64,000 nt of DNA, from contig OZ076409.1 of NCBI GenBank assembly GCA_964187785.1, positions 49,726,001-49,790,000 of the forward strand, given 5' to 3'. The translations under genes and the position numbers were made by a program. This DNA is from Amphiscolops sp. MND2022. Its lineage: Eukaryota. Positions 40,570 through 52,828 of the stretch are shown here, piece by piece; within the stretch, counting starts at the first letter, position 1, and each line of letters starts with the position of its first letter. The notes below the pieces were generated by a model. That model saw nothing but the letters and a program-made list of their open reading frames with translations. It was not told where the DNA came from and ran no database searches.

Positions 40570-40985
40570 ACGTCTATAGCTCTTACGATGAGCTTTTGAA
40601 CTCGCTACTACGACGAGCGTTAGTAGAACGCTTTCCTAGATCTTAGACCTACTACGCCTAATAATGCTATGTCAAGAGAACCTTTGTGATTGATTAGGAC
40701 TCCTAAAACAGCTGATCGTTTATTTTTTCGATTGTTGAGCAGTGCAATGCTACGCTCCCAGAAACAACTTGTCTAAACCGGAACCGGGGTAGCTACTCAA
40801 CAGTTTTCAAAGACATTTAGGTATCAAGAATAATTATATTAGCGTTCTGAATATGATATCAAAATCGGTCAACAACAGCACGGGTTAGTAAAATACGTTC
40901 TTGAGCTTCGAGTGATTTGGTAAGTTTTGGAACTCAAGATTTCAACTAGCTAAAAATTTAAGTTTCTGAATCTCTAGCACCAACA
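40570..40985 (-). repeat. BEL/Pao 5' LTR, distal piece
   Basis: Matches 13939-14351. Ends CCAACA followed by TSD CATTG. Confidence 0.88.
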
Positions 40986-41022
40986 CATTGGTAATGCTAG
41001 TTGAAAGCCTTTGTCTTCTTAA

Positions 41023-41520
41023 GGGAACAAGACGTTTCGGGAAACATGGCAACGGACCTTCTGGCGACAACTCTATCCCCGAAACGTTCTCTAAAAAGCA
41101 AAAAACAAAGATACCTCTTCAAAGAAACCTTTACTACCTTAAAACTTGCCTGGGAAATGCCCCCATTTCCTCTTGTGTCCCGCAGCCCCTTGGGCCGCTT
41201 ATGTTCCCGCCTTGCTGAGCGATTTTGAACAGGAGCAAAGAGCTAGCGGGAACAGAAATCACGGAATAATCGTAGTGAGGACTGGTCTTTGCGACTGTGA
41301 GGGCGAGCGTGCATATTATGTGGGGGAAAGTATTGGAAATATTTTGATCGCTTTTAGACGTAATTCCTCTTTTCAGACATTACTACTTAAGCGTTATTCA
41401 TGCTCCCCGTATTCCGAAGGTTTTAAGCTTTCAGAGAACGGTTCGGTGGCAAAGACGTCTGTGCGACAGTGTTGTTGCGGAAACATCCGCTGCCATATTT
41501 TCGGCCATACGTCCAGCATC
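41023..41520. mobile_element. Degenerate MITE of the GGGAACAAGACGTTTCGG family containing the shared hairpin core
   Basis: Same left terminus as 62951. Core repeat at ~41157-41320. Confidence 0.6.
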
Positions 41521-42249
41521 TCTTCTCTGGCACAAGCTGAGCGTTTCCTCAATGCTGTCAAGATTGTTAGCAAACTTCATATTCTGTTGCACTGAGGAAG
41601 TTGTTACCCACCCTACTTGCCTAACTGCTTCCAGAAAAAGACTAATTGAATTCATCGATTTTGTACCTCCAATCTTGTCAAACGACAAAACCCGAACTGG
41701 AGCCTATTTAGGGGAAAACAATGTCAATGTTAGACATTAAATTGAATTTTGGATCGTTTTAGATATAAGATGGACCATCTTCAACATAGTTCTAAAAATA
41801 TAGCATCATTTAACGGAAGGCAAAAGAACAAAAAATGAAAGCAAACTAAGGAAGAACGTAAGAACGAATTTAAGAGACGATAGAGATAACAACCAGAGCT
41901 ACGACAAACTAACATCCCCTCAGCTGAAGACGGCCGCTGATGAATGGTGGCTGCACTGACGCGAGCCACGTCCTGTACTTGAGCATCTCTGCTGTCCCTT
42001 TCTGGAAAACGAAGCCAGGTGTTCCTTCTGACCACAGTTCTTCAGAAAACCTATTTATCCTCGGAATTTTTTCCAGCAAGCAATATAATCTAATTCCGGA
42101 AAACATATACAACGGCCTTTCAAAAACGTTGTTTTCTGCCCATATGCATTGAGGGAGGAAATCATAATCGGTATAGCGTTTTTCTACAAATTCTGCCAAA
42201 TCTCCAGCATCTCCATTCACTTCCTTTCGATGTGGCACGGCTTCAGAGA

Positions 42250-44339
42250 TTACTTATTGTAGCACTTCGAAGTTCTTCTCGAAGGTTGCTGTTAAATGAG
42301 CAACTGTTTTTTTGTTGGTGACATGATTATCGATTTTATTTAAACATCTGCGATTGGTAATGAGTACTCACACTTTTTGAAACTGAATGGATGTTATCAA
42401 TGTATTGAAGAGCCTACGCGTGTTACACCTACCTCAGAGTCACTTCTTGATCACATAGTTAAGAATGATATCTAAAATATCTAAACGACCTAGAGTTTGG
42501 GGTCATCAAAACCAATATAATAGATCGTTATGTAACTTATGTCCGATTGGATGCAACGAAATCTCTTTCCATTCGTTTTCAATAAACCCGGGCACCAATG
42601 TCATTTCTTCGAAACGGGTATCATGAAAAGAAAACTTGAATTACCCAAGGCATTGTCTTTAATTTTCAAACTTAGATCAGGACCTCGATAGGTTAACTGA
42701 AAGTCCGGGTGATGCACTCACAACAACCGTCAACGTTTTCACTCTCAAAGAAAAAACAAAGCTCGCAAAAACAAAAAAAAGCCTAGTTTGACAAAGATTA
42801 AAAGCAAAGCCTAATCCGACAAAATTTCGCCTTTAACAGATACAAGCGATATTGTACTCCGTCTAACAAACCTAAAAGTACGAAAATGAGAGATCGCGTC
42901 TCAGAACTCCTGCGGTCGAAGAAACGAGAAAACTTTGATGATAACTTTCCGGATTCTTGATTTTGCCAAAACGCTTTTTCAATGAATTGAATCGACTAAC
43001 GGATAGACAGAAGAAGAACGGTAACTTCATAGCCGCGGACAATGAAACAAAATTAAACAGAGATGATTTTGCCGTATGAAACTTGTTCACTGAGAGGTTC
43101 GTTTCGATCAGCAAAACTTTAGCTTCCATTCTCACTCTTCCATTCACTACTGAAGAATCAGCTAATAATGAGAAGTCTCGCTTTTTCTATCCTAGTGCTT
43201 CCCTGGAAATCTCCAAAAGATCACGCATTTTTAAGAACCATAAAGCGGCCGCATTAGAAGGATTAACTGCTGAAACTTTAAAGCGAGTCTTGGTGTGATT
43301 TGTGATAGACTGACCTACCTTGTCAGTGAGTCATTACAAAGTGGTGCTTTCTCAAGGATTTTGAAAGCTGGGAAAGTGGTTCCATTCTTTAAATCTGGGA
43401 AAAGGGCAATTGTGAGAATGATAGACCCCTATCATTTCATCGGTTCTGAGCAAAGTCCTCGAGCGGGTAAATTTTCGATTTCATTCAAGTAAACAATCTT
43501 TTCTATTGTCCTCAATTCGGATTCAGATCAAAATTGAGTATTTGCGTGCTCTCAGGGACATAACGGAACTGATGCGGAATAGTACCCATCTTGGTGTGTC
43601 CTGTGTGCTATTAAATGAAAGAGAAGAATTTGATACAATAAATCATGAAATCGTATTGATCAAATTGGAGAGCTATGGTGGGAGAGGTATTTGTTTAGAA
43701 CGGTTCAGGTCGCATCTCAATAATCGTACCCAAAGCGTTGCGATTATTTATCAGTGTCCAAATACCCTAGTTGTTGAGTGTGGTGTACCACATGAATCGA
43801 TTCTATGAACGTTGTTTTTTAATTTTCGCCAGTGATTTCCCCAGCTCTTGTGACGATATTGTAGCATTCTTAAACGTAGATAATAATGACTGTGTGTATA
43901 ATCAACCGAAAAATGTTATGTCGACACTTCAATATAAAATTGAGCATATATTGTCGTTTTCGGAAAAAAATATATTGAGCCTTCACATTAGAAAGATTGA
44001 GCTTGTGCACTTCTTGAGCTGCCGGGATGAAAGTGTGAAAATGGCTTTTACTACCTTATCTCCAACCAAACATGTGAAACTCTGGGTGTTCACATTGATG
44101 AAAAAATGACCATCCAAGCCCATGTTCAATGTTTACTTGGTAAAATGGCTAAACATGTACCAGTGGTAATGCGGTTGAGACGTTTTTGTACAAGTTCAAT
44201 AGTGGCCAGATTTTATAACTTTTACATGAAGCCTTTCATCCAATACGATCTTTCAGTATACGGTTGCACCAGGAAAAGTATATTGATGGACATACTTCTG
44301 CCGAAAAAGACTGCTGCATTTTTGAGCTTCGGGCATTAA
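42250..44339 (+). mobile_element. Decayed CR1/L2-type LINE ORF2 (endonuclease end plus RT)
   Basis: EPTRVTPTSESLLDHI; GKVVPFFKSG; FDTINHEIVLIKLESYGGRG; CGVPHESIL; FYMKPFIQY...VYG. Confidence 0.85.
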
Positions 44340-44647
44340 GTTCGATTTACTAAGTTCGAATTTGTACTAGTGCAATAAGTTCGAATGGAAGAGTTTCGAG
44401 ACACCAAGTTCGAAATTTCATTTCGGGTATATCCGGTGTGCATACACCGGGTATGCCCCACATTTCAGTTTTTAGGTTCTTTTAGATCCTAGGCGGTGGA
44501 GCTCTCAGTTTCTCGTGTGAATGATGTCCAGTTTACACCGGATATGCCCGATACGAAAATTCGAACTTGATGTCTCGAAACTATTCCATTCGAACTTATT
44601 GCACTAGTTCAAATTCGAACTTAGTAATCGAACTTATTGCCCGAAGC
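44326..44647. mobile_element. Foldback MITE with AAGTTCGA-rich long TIRs
   Basis: GCTTCGGGCAtTAAGTTCGAT...ATCGAACTTATTGCCCGAAGC, with ~100-bp inverted arms. Confidence 0.8.
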
Positions 44648-46427
44648 CAACTGGACATCCTTCACACAAGAACCTGAGAGCCCACCGGCTATGATCTAAA
44701 GGAATCTAAAAACTGAAATGTGGGGCATATCCCATTACAGTGCCAAAAGTGGGTTAACACACTTTTGTGCTATTAAGTCACCGAAATCCACTGACATACT
44801 TTTAAACATGTATTTCACTGATTTTCATTGGATTCCGCTGTTGCCTGTTTTGGATTCCACTACCATATCTAGCTAATGTACAAAAATGTGTGCACCGAAA
44901 TCCACTGCTTTTCACTGCCAACTGATTGAACCAATCGCGTCAGCTTATTTCAACTTTCAGCGAAATTCGCTGAAACTTGCAGTGGATTCCACTCCAGCTT
45001 ACAGTGGATTCCACTTTTCAACTTGTGGAATTGACTGCAAAATGAGTGGAATTGACTGTAAGCCAAAGTTGAATTCACTGTAAGCTGAAGTGGAATCCAC
45101 TGCAAGTTTCAGCGAAAGGAGAGATCAATGAAACCTTAATAATAAAATCTTTCTAATAATCTTCTTTCATTTTTTCATGCTGAAACAAACCTTTTGGCCC
45201 TTTAGTTTTGCCCCCCACACCTGTTTTAACAATTGATAATTTATTGAAAACAATTTATTTATTATAAACAATTGATATTTATTATTATTAATTTATTATT
45301 ATTTTATTATGCAGGAACGGCGAAAAAATTTCGACTCAGCGAAATGTTCGATAAAACGAAAACATGCTAATATGACCTTTACTGTCGGGGATTTTTATTC
45401 GTTTACCCGAAATTTTGATTTCGATATTTAGCCAATGTTCGATTATCGGAATCCTACTGTAAACAACATCTTGAAAAGTGTAGGGAAAAGGAAAAAGTTC
45501 CAGACTTTTTATTTTTGTTTGTTTCAGGTCAAATTCATACAAATTCTGTGAAGCAATCGGCGAATGGTGGGAACTTCAAAATCACTCTTTATGGTTGCAA
45601 TGTTTACAACTTCAATGGTTACAACTCACACCTGATGCGTTCCTCTCTTCTCTATTATTATAAAGTTCTCTCCTTATTACAAAAGTTTTGTTAAAAGTTT
45701 TGTTTACGTCTTTCTTTTTGTCATGATAATATGTAGTTTCTTCAATTGAAAAAATTTTCTTACCATTTTTTGCCAAGTACTTGTAGTGCTTGAACTGTGT
45801 TCACGGTCAACTCACGGTCGAATAACAACAGAATCAGTTGCTGGCAAATCCTCTATACAATGTCAACCGACTCACGGTTGATAAACAACTCACGGTGGAG
45901 AACAAAAAAAATCAGTGAAAAATTAGTGAAAAATACGGTTGTAGGCCCCAGGATAGAAAAAAAGGACTCCGTAAAAATAATGATATTTTATGGACGTAAA
46001 GCAATTTTCCCTAATACTTCACAAAAATATGTGTTCCCTAACTTTAAATTACATGACTACTGGAAATGCTAGTAAACTTTCGCCAAGAAAAATCCTTCCA
46101 CATGATTTTTTGGGAACAATCACACCTTATTTTATCACCTACTAGTGAGCGCACGTATGACCTTGTAGTTTTAGTTCAACGCGTGCAATCAAATAGTTTC
46201 AAACAGGTGTTGAAGTATTATTTAAACAGCGTGCTGTAATACTGTGAGAAAAATGTTGCAAGATTAAATTTATTTGAAGTTGAGGCTAAAATTGAGGCGC
46301 AGAAGACGCAAAAGGAGGGAAACTGAAACGCAAAGAATATGATTCTGATAGTTTTTCGGCTTCATCATTATCGACGATTTGATACACCATTGACACGCTC
46401 AATTTCCAAAAGCTCATTGACACGCCA

Positions 46428-49400
46428 TTGACACACTCATTGTCTAAAAGTTCAGAAATGTCAGAATTCGAAAAGTTCAATATATCACTCGATGATGGGA
46501 AAGAATTCATAGATTCCAAAATACTAGACTTTATATCAGGAAACACGTTACAAAATCGTGGACGGAAACTCACTTCAATTGTTGCTGAAATGGTCGTAGG
46601 GACCACTCTGAAGACAGACGATCCTATTCGAAAATTACCAATTAAAGGACAGCCCCAGGGATCTGTTTTTGTTGCGTCGAAAATAATGAAACTTTTAATG
46701 CGGGGCTATAAAGACTTACCTAGGAACGAGAAGAGAAGAAAATTCGTTGCAAAATATTTCAACACCAGTTTTTTTCCCGATGTCGGTACTTTTACAAATG
46801 ATAAAATTTTTTCTCAACATGAGATGGTTGAAGAAACACCCCTTGAAGTAACATTCCAAGAAGAGAGAGTGCTACAAAAGACACCAAAAATTAATAATTC
46901 ACAAGACCAGCAACGATCAGATATGAATATTACGCAATTACAACCCAAAAGGTGGCACAGAACTAATAAGAAAACTTTTTGGACCAAAGTCCTGAATTTT
47001 GCTAGAATGCATGGTATACCTATTCACGGATTAGCCACAATTCTCAAAGAACAGCATCAGAAACGTAGCATATGGCGAAAAAGAAGCGCAAGCGGTAATC
47101 ACATTCGAGACTTGTTCACGGGTCTTTTGGAGGACAGAGGCTCCTCCGAATGCTCCAGGTACGAACTTTAAATCAAAATGAAAACTGGCAACATGGAAGA
47201 TATCCTCAATGCAATTCGACAAAGGCTAGTTTCTGTTGGTTTAGGTGCTGTCAGCCTAGTACCGTCAATTCGTCACATGAAAAGAGCTACTAGCCTCATA
47301 ATGAAATTGTTTGTTACAATTTGCGAGCCTCAGCGAACCTATTCTGGATTTCGAGTCAGTTTACTGAAAGCAGTGACGTTTGCGTCATTAGTTTTACTGC
47401 AAAAAACCAATCTTGAAGGCCTTAAAATTGATATTTGGGGTGACGGTTGCGAAATAGGGGGGATTGAGGTAACGCGTCTAGCATTCAGAATTTTGAACAC
47501 CACAGTTAGCAGTCAATCAACGAAAGCTGTCTTCTGTTTTGCATCATATCGTGGCAAAGATGGCCGATATGCAATGGAACAAAACTTTGGCCCGTCTATC
47601 TTGGGTAAGCAAGAATCTGGATGGCTATACCGCCAGACAAAAGAACTACAAGCCTTGGGCGTTGAAATTACATACAGTGGTCACAGCCCGTTCTTGACGC
47701 GTTTGGTCCTTGGAATTTCAACTGAACGTTCAAGTTCTCATCCGTCACAACTTCCGATATATGTATGCGATGAAAATTTCCTGCCCACCCGCTGCTCAGA
47801 TGTTGATGGAAGACGAACATCTTTGAAGATCCCATTCAGACAACATGTTCCTAGAGAAGTATTAGCAAGTATAATCGATGTCAGAACAATCTGCCCAGAC
47901 GCTACACACATGATAACGCGTTGCACTGAGAATGATATTAGAAGAGTGGCTCAGAAGGTAATTAGCGACAAACATCCCTGGGAAGTTTTGAGCATACAGC
48001 GCTTTGAGAAAAATTTGACCAGCCGAGAAGCTAAAAGACCGTCTTTTCAGTTCAATATCACCCACAAGAACGTAGGTAAAACCCCAGGAACAGTAGGACC
48101 ACTGTCATTAGCAGGGTCGAATGCGCTTACAGTTATAGCTGAAACAGAAGAACTTAGAAGAGCTCAATTTGGGACAATCACGAACCTTTATGACGGAGTT
48201 TGGACGACCGAGTTACTACTTGGAAGTGAGGATGGATACAACTTGGGGGCTGCAAAAGTACTTAAGTCTTTACATCCACATTTATTTGACAAACGGGACC
48301 CCATAAATCCAAGAAACGAAGAAAGATATATATCAATTTATGACGCTTGTGAGCTTCTACGACAAAGTTCAAACCAGTGTGCTATTCTGTTGAGAACTCA
48401 GGGAACATTTGATGTCGACACTTGCAAACGATGGGCCGAAACAAACTTTCAAATCAATTTGCTCCTCTTCGGGCGAAAGGGGCTGTCACCATACAAGCTG
48501 TCACCAAACGATGGGCTGAAACAAACTTTCAAATCAATTTGCTCCTCTTCGGGCGAAAGGGGCTGTCACCATACAAGCTCAAGCTTCCATTGATAACCAA
48601 ACTAGTGGAGAGCGGACACATCGAGAAGCCATGGAATCACCTCTGCGAAGGCTTGGAAAAATCGAACCACAATGCGAAAAGAAATTTTCAATCCCGAACC
48701 ATGAGAGGCGGTGGCTCCATTTACCATCAAGATCCATTATTTCTGGATACTGCATTTTCGTTTTGCCGGTTCCTGGATATTTCTTCAACAAGTTCCGAAA
48801 AGAAAATATCCAATGTCATTGAACATGTAATAAAAACACTCAGGACTGAAGCGACTTTAGAGGCTGCCAAAACTTATCTAGACATTTGTAGAACTCCCTT
48901 GGCGCTACCCCGCCTTGCCGTTGGCGAAAAGAGAGAATTTTGCGACTTTCTAGGAGGATTGAGATTTACAATTGTAAGTAGGTTCAAGCGTGGGCTCACA
49001 CAGGATTTCCTCAAAGATAGAATTTCCGAAATGGGAGGTGTCGTTTATGAGAAAGAAAACGCGGAGAACATAATGAAATCCCATTCAAATATCTTGGATT
49101 TTTACGTTATTGTCAAAGACGAAGAGGACCTAATAAACGCGACCGGCGATAAACATCAATTGGAAGCCATGAGAAGAAAACTGAAGCTCCATAGACATTG
49201 TACCGCAAGCGAGTTGTCAACAGACGCCGGAAGCAGAGAAGATGAAAAGTGTTCAACAAAAAAGAAGTTGTCTCCTGCAGCTTTGGCCTGCAAAAGATTT
49301 GCGTCGGGGGGTTTCATGTTCATCACTGTTGAATACGTACTCGAAATGATGAAAAGTAACGTCATTCTGGACCATGAAAATTATATTATAAGGCCTGGAC

Positions 49401-49549
49401 TCTTGATCAACCCGATGAAAATTAATGACATGCGACGACTCTTGATGGATCAAATAGATGATAACAAATCAATAGCGAATACGTCAGCCATTGTGGCCTT
49501 GAAAAGATACCGAAACAACCTAGTGAAACAACAAAACTCCAGCAGATGA
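46428..49549 (+). pseudogene. DDE transposase (CMC/Transib/RAG1-like fold) with C-terminal BRCT-like domain; disrupted
   Basis: IWGDG...FRIL...SQS...YRGKD; SG(H)SPFL; PDATHMITR; SPY...EGLEKSNH...TMRGGG; LGGLRFTI...LKDRISEMGG...ITVEYV. In-frame stop at 47169 and an 80-bp insertion frameshift at ~48500. Confidence 0.75.
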
Positions 49550-49710
49550 TCAACTTTTACTCTGATTTCTGCAAATGCTTGTTACAATAAATGATTTCGA
49601 AGACATATGTTTTAATCTTTGCTTGTGGTACTAATTTAGCTTTTGAACATTTTTTTCTCGGAAACTTAGACAAGAAATTTTAAACATTTCAAAAGGGGTA
49701 CATTTTAACG

Positions 49711-50465
49711 AATTCAAAAGGGGTACATTCAGTAAAGCATTAGTTCTAAATAGACTTTATTGCAGTGGATTCCACTATTCTGGAAAGTGTTCTTAATCCT
49801 GCGAAAAGCGAAATGCGGAATTGACTAACATATACCATTACATTGACAGTGAATTCCACAAACAAATGCTTAAACATTTGCAAACCAATTCAAAAGGAGT
49901 ACATTCAGTAAAACATTAGTTCTAAATAGACACAAATTTATATTGCAGTGGATTCCACTATTCTGGAAAGTATTCTTAATCCTGCGAAAAGCGAAATGCG
50001 GAATTGACTAACATATACCAATACCTTGACAGTGAATTCCACAAACAAATGCTTAAACATTTGCAAACCAATTCAAAAGGAGTACATTCAGTAAAACATT
50101 AGTTCTAAATAGACACAAATTTATATTGCAGTGGATTCCACTATTCTGGAAAGTATTCTTAATCCTGCGAAAAGCGAAATGCGGAATTGACTAACATATA
50201 CCAATACCTTGACAGTGAATTCCACAAACAAATGCTTAAACATTTGCAAACCAATTCAAAAGGAGTACATTCAGTGAATTATTAGTTCTAAATAGACTCA
50301 AGTTTCTATTGCAGTGGATTCCACTATTCTGGAAAGTCTTCTTCATCCTGCGAAAAGCGACATGCGGAATTGACTAACATATACCAATACATTGACAGTG
50401 GATTCCACAAACAAATGCTTAAACATTTGCAAACTAGTTCAAAAGGGGTACATTCAGTGAATTAG
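49711..50465 (+). repeat. 183-bp tandem array (~4 units)
   Basis: GCGAAAAGCG recurs at 49801, 49984, 50167 and 50350. Confidence 0.95.
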
Positions 50466-51369
50466 TAGTATATCCAGCAAAAAAAATCAAATCAGGCTAT
50501 ATTAAATAAAATTGACAATTAACTCCCTCATAGTCGTGACGAAAGAAATCTTGAACAAAGTTAATGATCAAAATCAACATACCGTATATTCCGGCAAAGA
50601 AGCCCCCTCCCCCTTTTTTTGAGTTTTTGGTGGTCAAAAGTTTGGGGAGGGGCTTATACGATGAACATAAAACGAAGACCGTTTTTTTCGGAATCAAAAA
50701 TTTGGCATGATTTTAGAGGATGTTGCAGTTGACTTCTTTTTGAGGAAGTTTCTGAGCCCGAAGAAAGGACAGATGATGACTCCACTTTTAGTCCGTGAGA
50801 ATTGAAAATTGATTTTATACCAAGAAAGTTCATTCAATTGACACTTATTGAACTTTTATTTTCTTTTATTTTTCTAAAGTGCATTTCCAAAAATTTTGGT
50901 AGGTTAAAACTTGAGTCATTTTGTATTCTAGAAGGAGTTTGCTCTCTTTCCATTTTTCATTTCGCTTCAATATTTTGTTTACCATTCATTTGTTCAACAC
51001 TATTCGTTCACTCAGCACAATTGGAATGAATCTGACGAAAGTGTCAATTAAGTAAACTTGTGTGCAAATGTAGTGGTATAAAACAAAACTGTTACATAAG
51101 TTTACGGAACCGAGAATGCTAATTCGATTTTGATTGGCTGCCGAAGTGGATATAGGAAATGTTCTTCTAGTTCAGGAAATTGATTCTTTGCCGTTCGACC
51201 TTTCAATTCAACAGCTTGCTAGTTTTGTTTAATTCAAGATACATTCTTTAAGATTTCTCTTACCTTTGTCTAATTCTAGATTCCCTAAACTTTGCCTGCT
51301 TCCTCATTCCACAATGGTTAGTTTCTTTCTTAAGAATGTTTTACATCTACAATTTGGGATACGAAGTAA

Positions 51370-51830
51370 AAATTTCAGTTTCAGTTGGAAAAAACTGAGT
51401 ATCCACTGTGAGTATAAAAAAACTGTTTTTATACACACCGCTTTGGTTTTGGTACTTACCGTGAGTAAGTTATTGTACTCGTTTTTGGTATCCACCGTGA
51501 GTAAAGTATTATCCTGCATTTGTATAAAAATTTTTTGTATCCACCATGAGAAGTGGAAAATCTTTAGTTAGAAAAAAAATTGTACACACTGTCAGCAAAA
51601 ATGTTAGTTTCAGTTGGAAAAATTCGAGTATCCACCGTGAGTAAAAATAATTCAGTTTTAAGAAACACCGCTTTGGTTTTGGTACTTACCGTGAGTAAAT
51701 TATTGTACTCGTTTTTGGTACACACGGTGAGTAAAGTATTGTCCTGCATTTGTATAGAAATTTTTTGTATCCGTGAGTAGTGGAAAAATCTGAGTTAGAA
51801 AAAAAATTGTACACACTGTCAGCAAAACTG
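51370..51830. repeat. ~230-bp tandem repeat x2 built of ACCGTGAGTA motifs
   Basis: TCAGTTGGAAAAA at 51381/51610 and ACACCGCTTTGG at 51435/51665. Confidence 0.85.
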
Positions 51831-51979
51831 CTCTTGAATTTTCATACGAAATTTTTGGTTTCTCCCGAGTAGTAAAAACAAATCTGAGTTTGAACTGCCA
51901 TCCTTTGAACAGGCCTGAGTGAAAGACTGTTCACAATTTGCAGAGAAATCTGGAAGTAAAATATTGTTATCGAATTCGT

Positions 51980-52230
51980 GGGTCTTTTCTGCTACAACCC
52001 CTCCCTCCCAGCAAGTTTACTCCCATCGCACTCAATTCACTAAGAAGTGAATCAATATAAAGTCAATCTTATACAACAATTCTTGTCCTAATTTTTGAAA
52101 TGATGATAGGTGTTCATCATTAAGAAGTGAATCATTAAATAGTGAGTCAAATACCTCGATTCTTATCCTGACAAAAAAATATTGGGGATAATTTTTAAAG
52201 AATAGAGTGGGGGAATAACAGAAAAGACCC
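51980..52230. mobile_element. MITE, same family as 6076-6292
   Basis: GGGTCTTTTCTG...CAGAAAAGACCC. Flanks GAATTCGT/GAATTCGA (7/8 TSD). Confidence 0.75.
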
Positions 52231-52494
52231 GAATTCGATCTCTATCTCGTTTTAGGGGAAAGCAATCCAATACCCATGTCAAAGACTAATTCTTTTTGAT
52301 ACTCAACTGTTGTCAGATGAAATCAGAAAGCAATGATACGATATGAAGAAAAGATTAAAAGTTGTTGTTAACATAGACAATCAAAAAAAATTTCGCGATA
52401 GCAAGATCAAAGTTTTTACATATTATTTGAAAAATTAGGTATACTCAGTTTTTCTGAGATAACATAGGCTGTAAAAAGTCGACTGTAAAAAGCC

Positions 52495-52565
52495 GACACG
52501 ATAGAGATTCGAACCCACGATCTTTGGCTTCATAGTCTAGTTGCTTACCACTCGGCCATAGCGCG
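52495..52565 (-). ncRNA. tRNA-like Pol III sequence (pseudogene or SINE head)
   Basis: A box TGGCCGAGTGG and B box GGTTCGAATC. Acceptor and anticodon stems pair poorly. Confidence 0.55.
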
Positions 52566-52828
52566 TTGTTATTTGTTTGTTTTTATTTAACCATATTGTT
52601 AAACAACCGAGATACTTATCTCCATTTTAAAATGATGGCGTTCTAAATTCATTTGTGGTTTGGCATGTTCTGTTTTTTTTTGCTTGTTCGTTTCCTCTTT
52701 TTTCTGATTGGGAAAACAGGTCTTTATTTGAAATGGCAGGTTGTAATATCTTTTAGCGGTTTGAAATTTTGGCGTTTACATGCGAGACGCTTCGAGGATA
52801 AACTATAATGTTGTTTTTGTTTCTACAG

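Larger units (their letters stand above)
13667..40985 (-). mobile_element. BEL/Pao LTR retrotransposon, 5' LTR split by a nested Gypsy element
   Basis: TG...CA outer termini with 5-bp TSD CATTG (13662-13666 and 40986-40990). LTR homology at 13667, 19308 and 40570. Confidence 0.88.

Noticed and set aside
41781..42238. Minus-strand ORFs as a separate gene
   Set aside because: No recognisable motif; adjacent to and probably the antisense of the decayed LINE 5' region.
49711..50465. CRISPR-like array
   Set aside because: Whole 183-bp units repeat with no unique spacers, and the context is eukaryotic.
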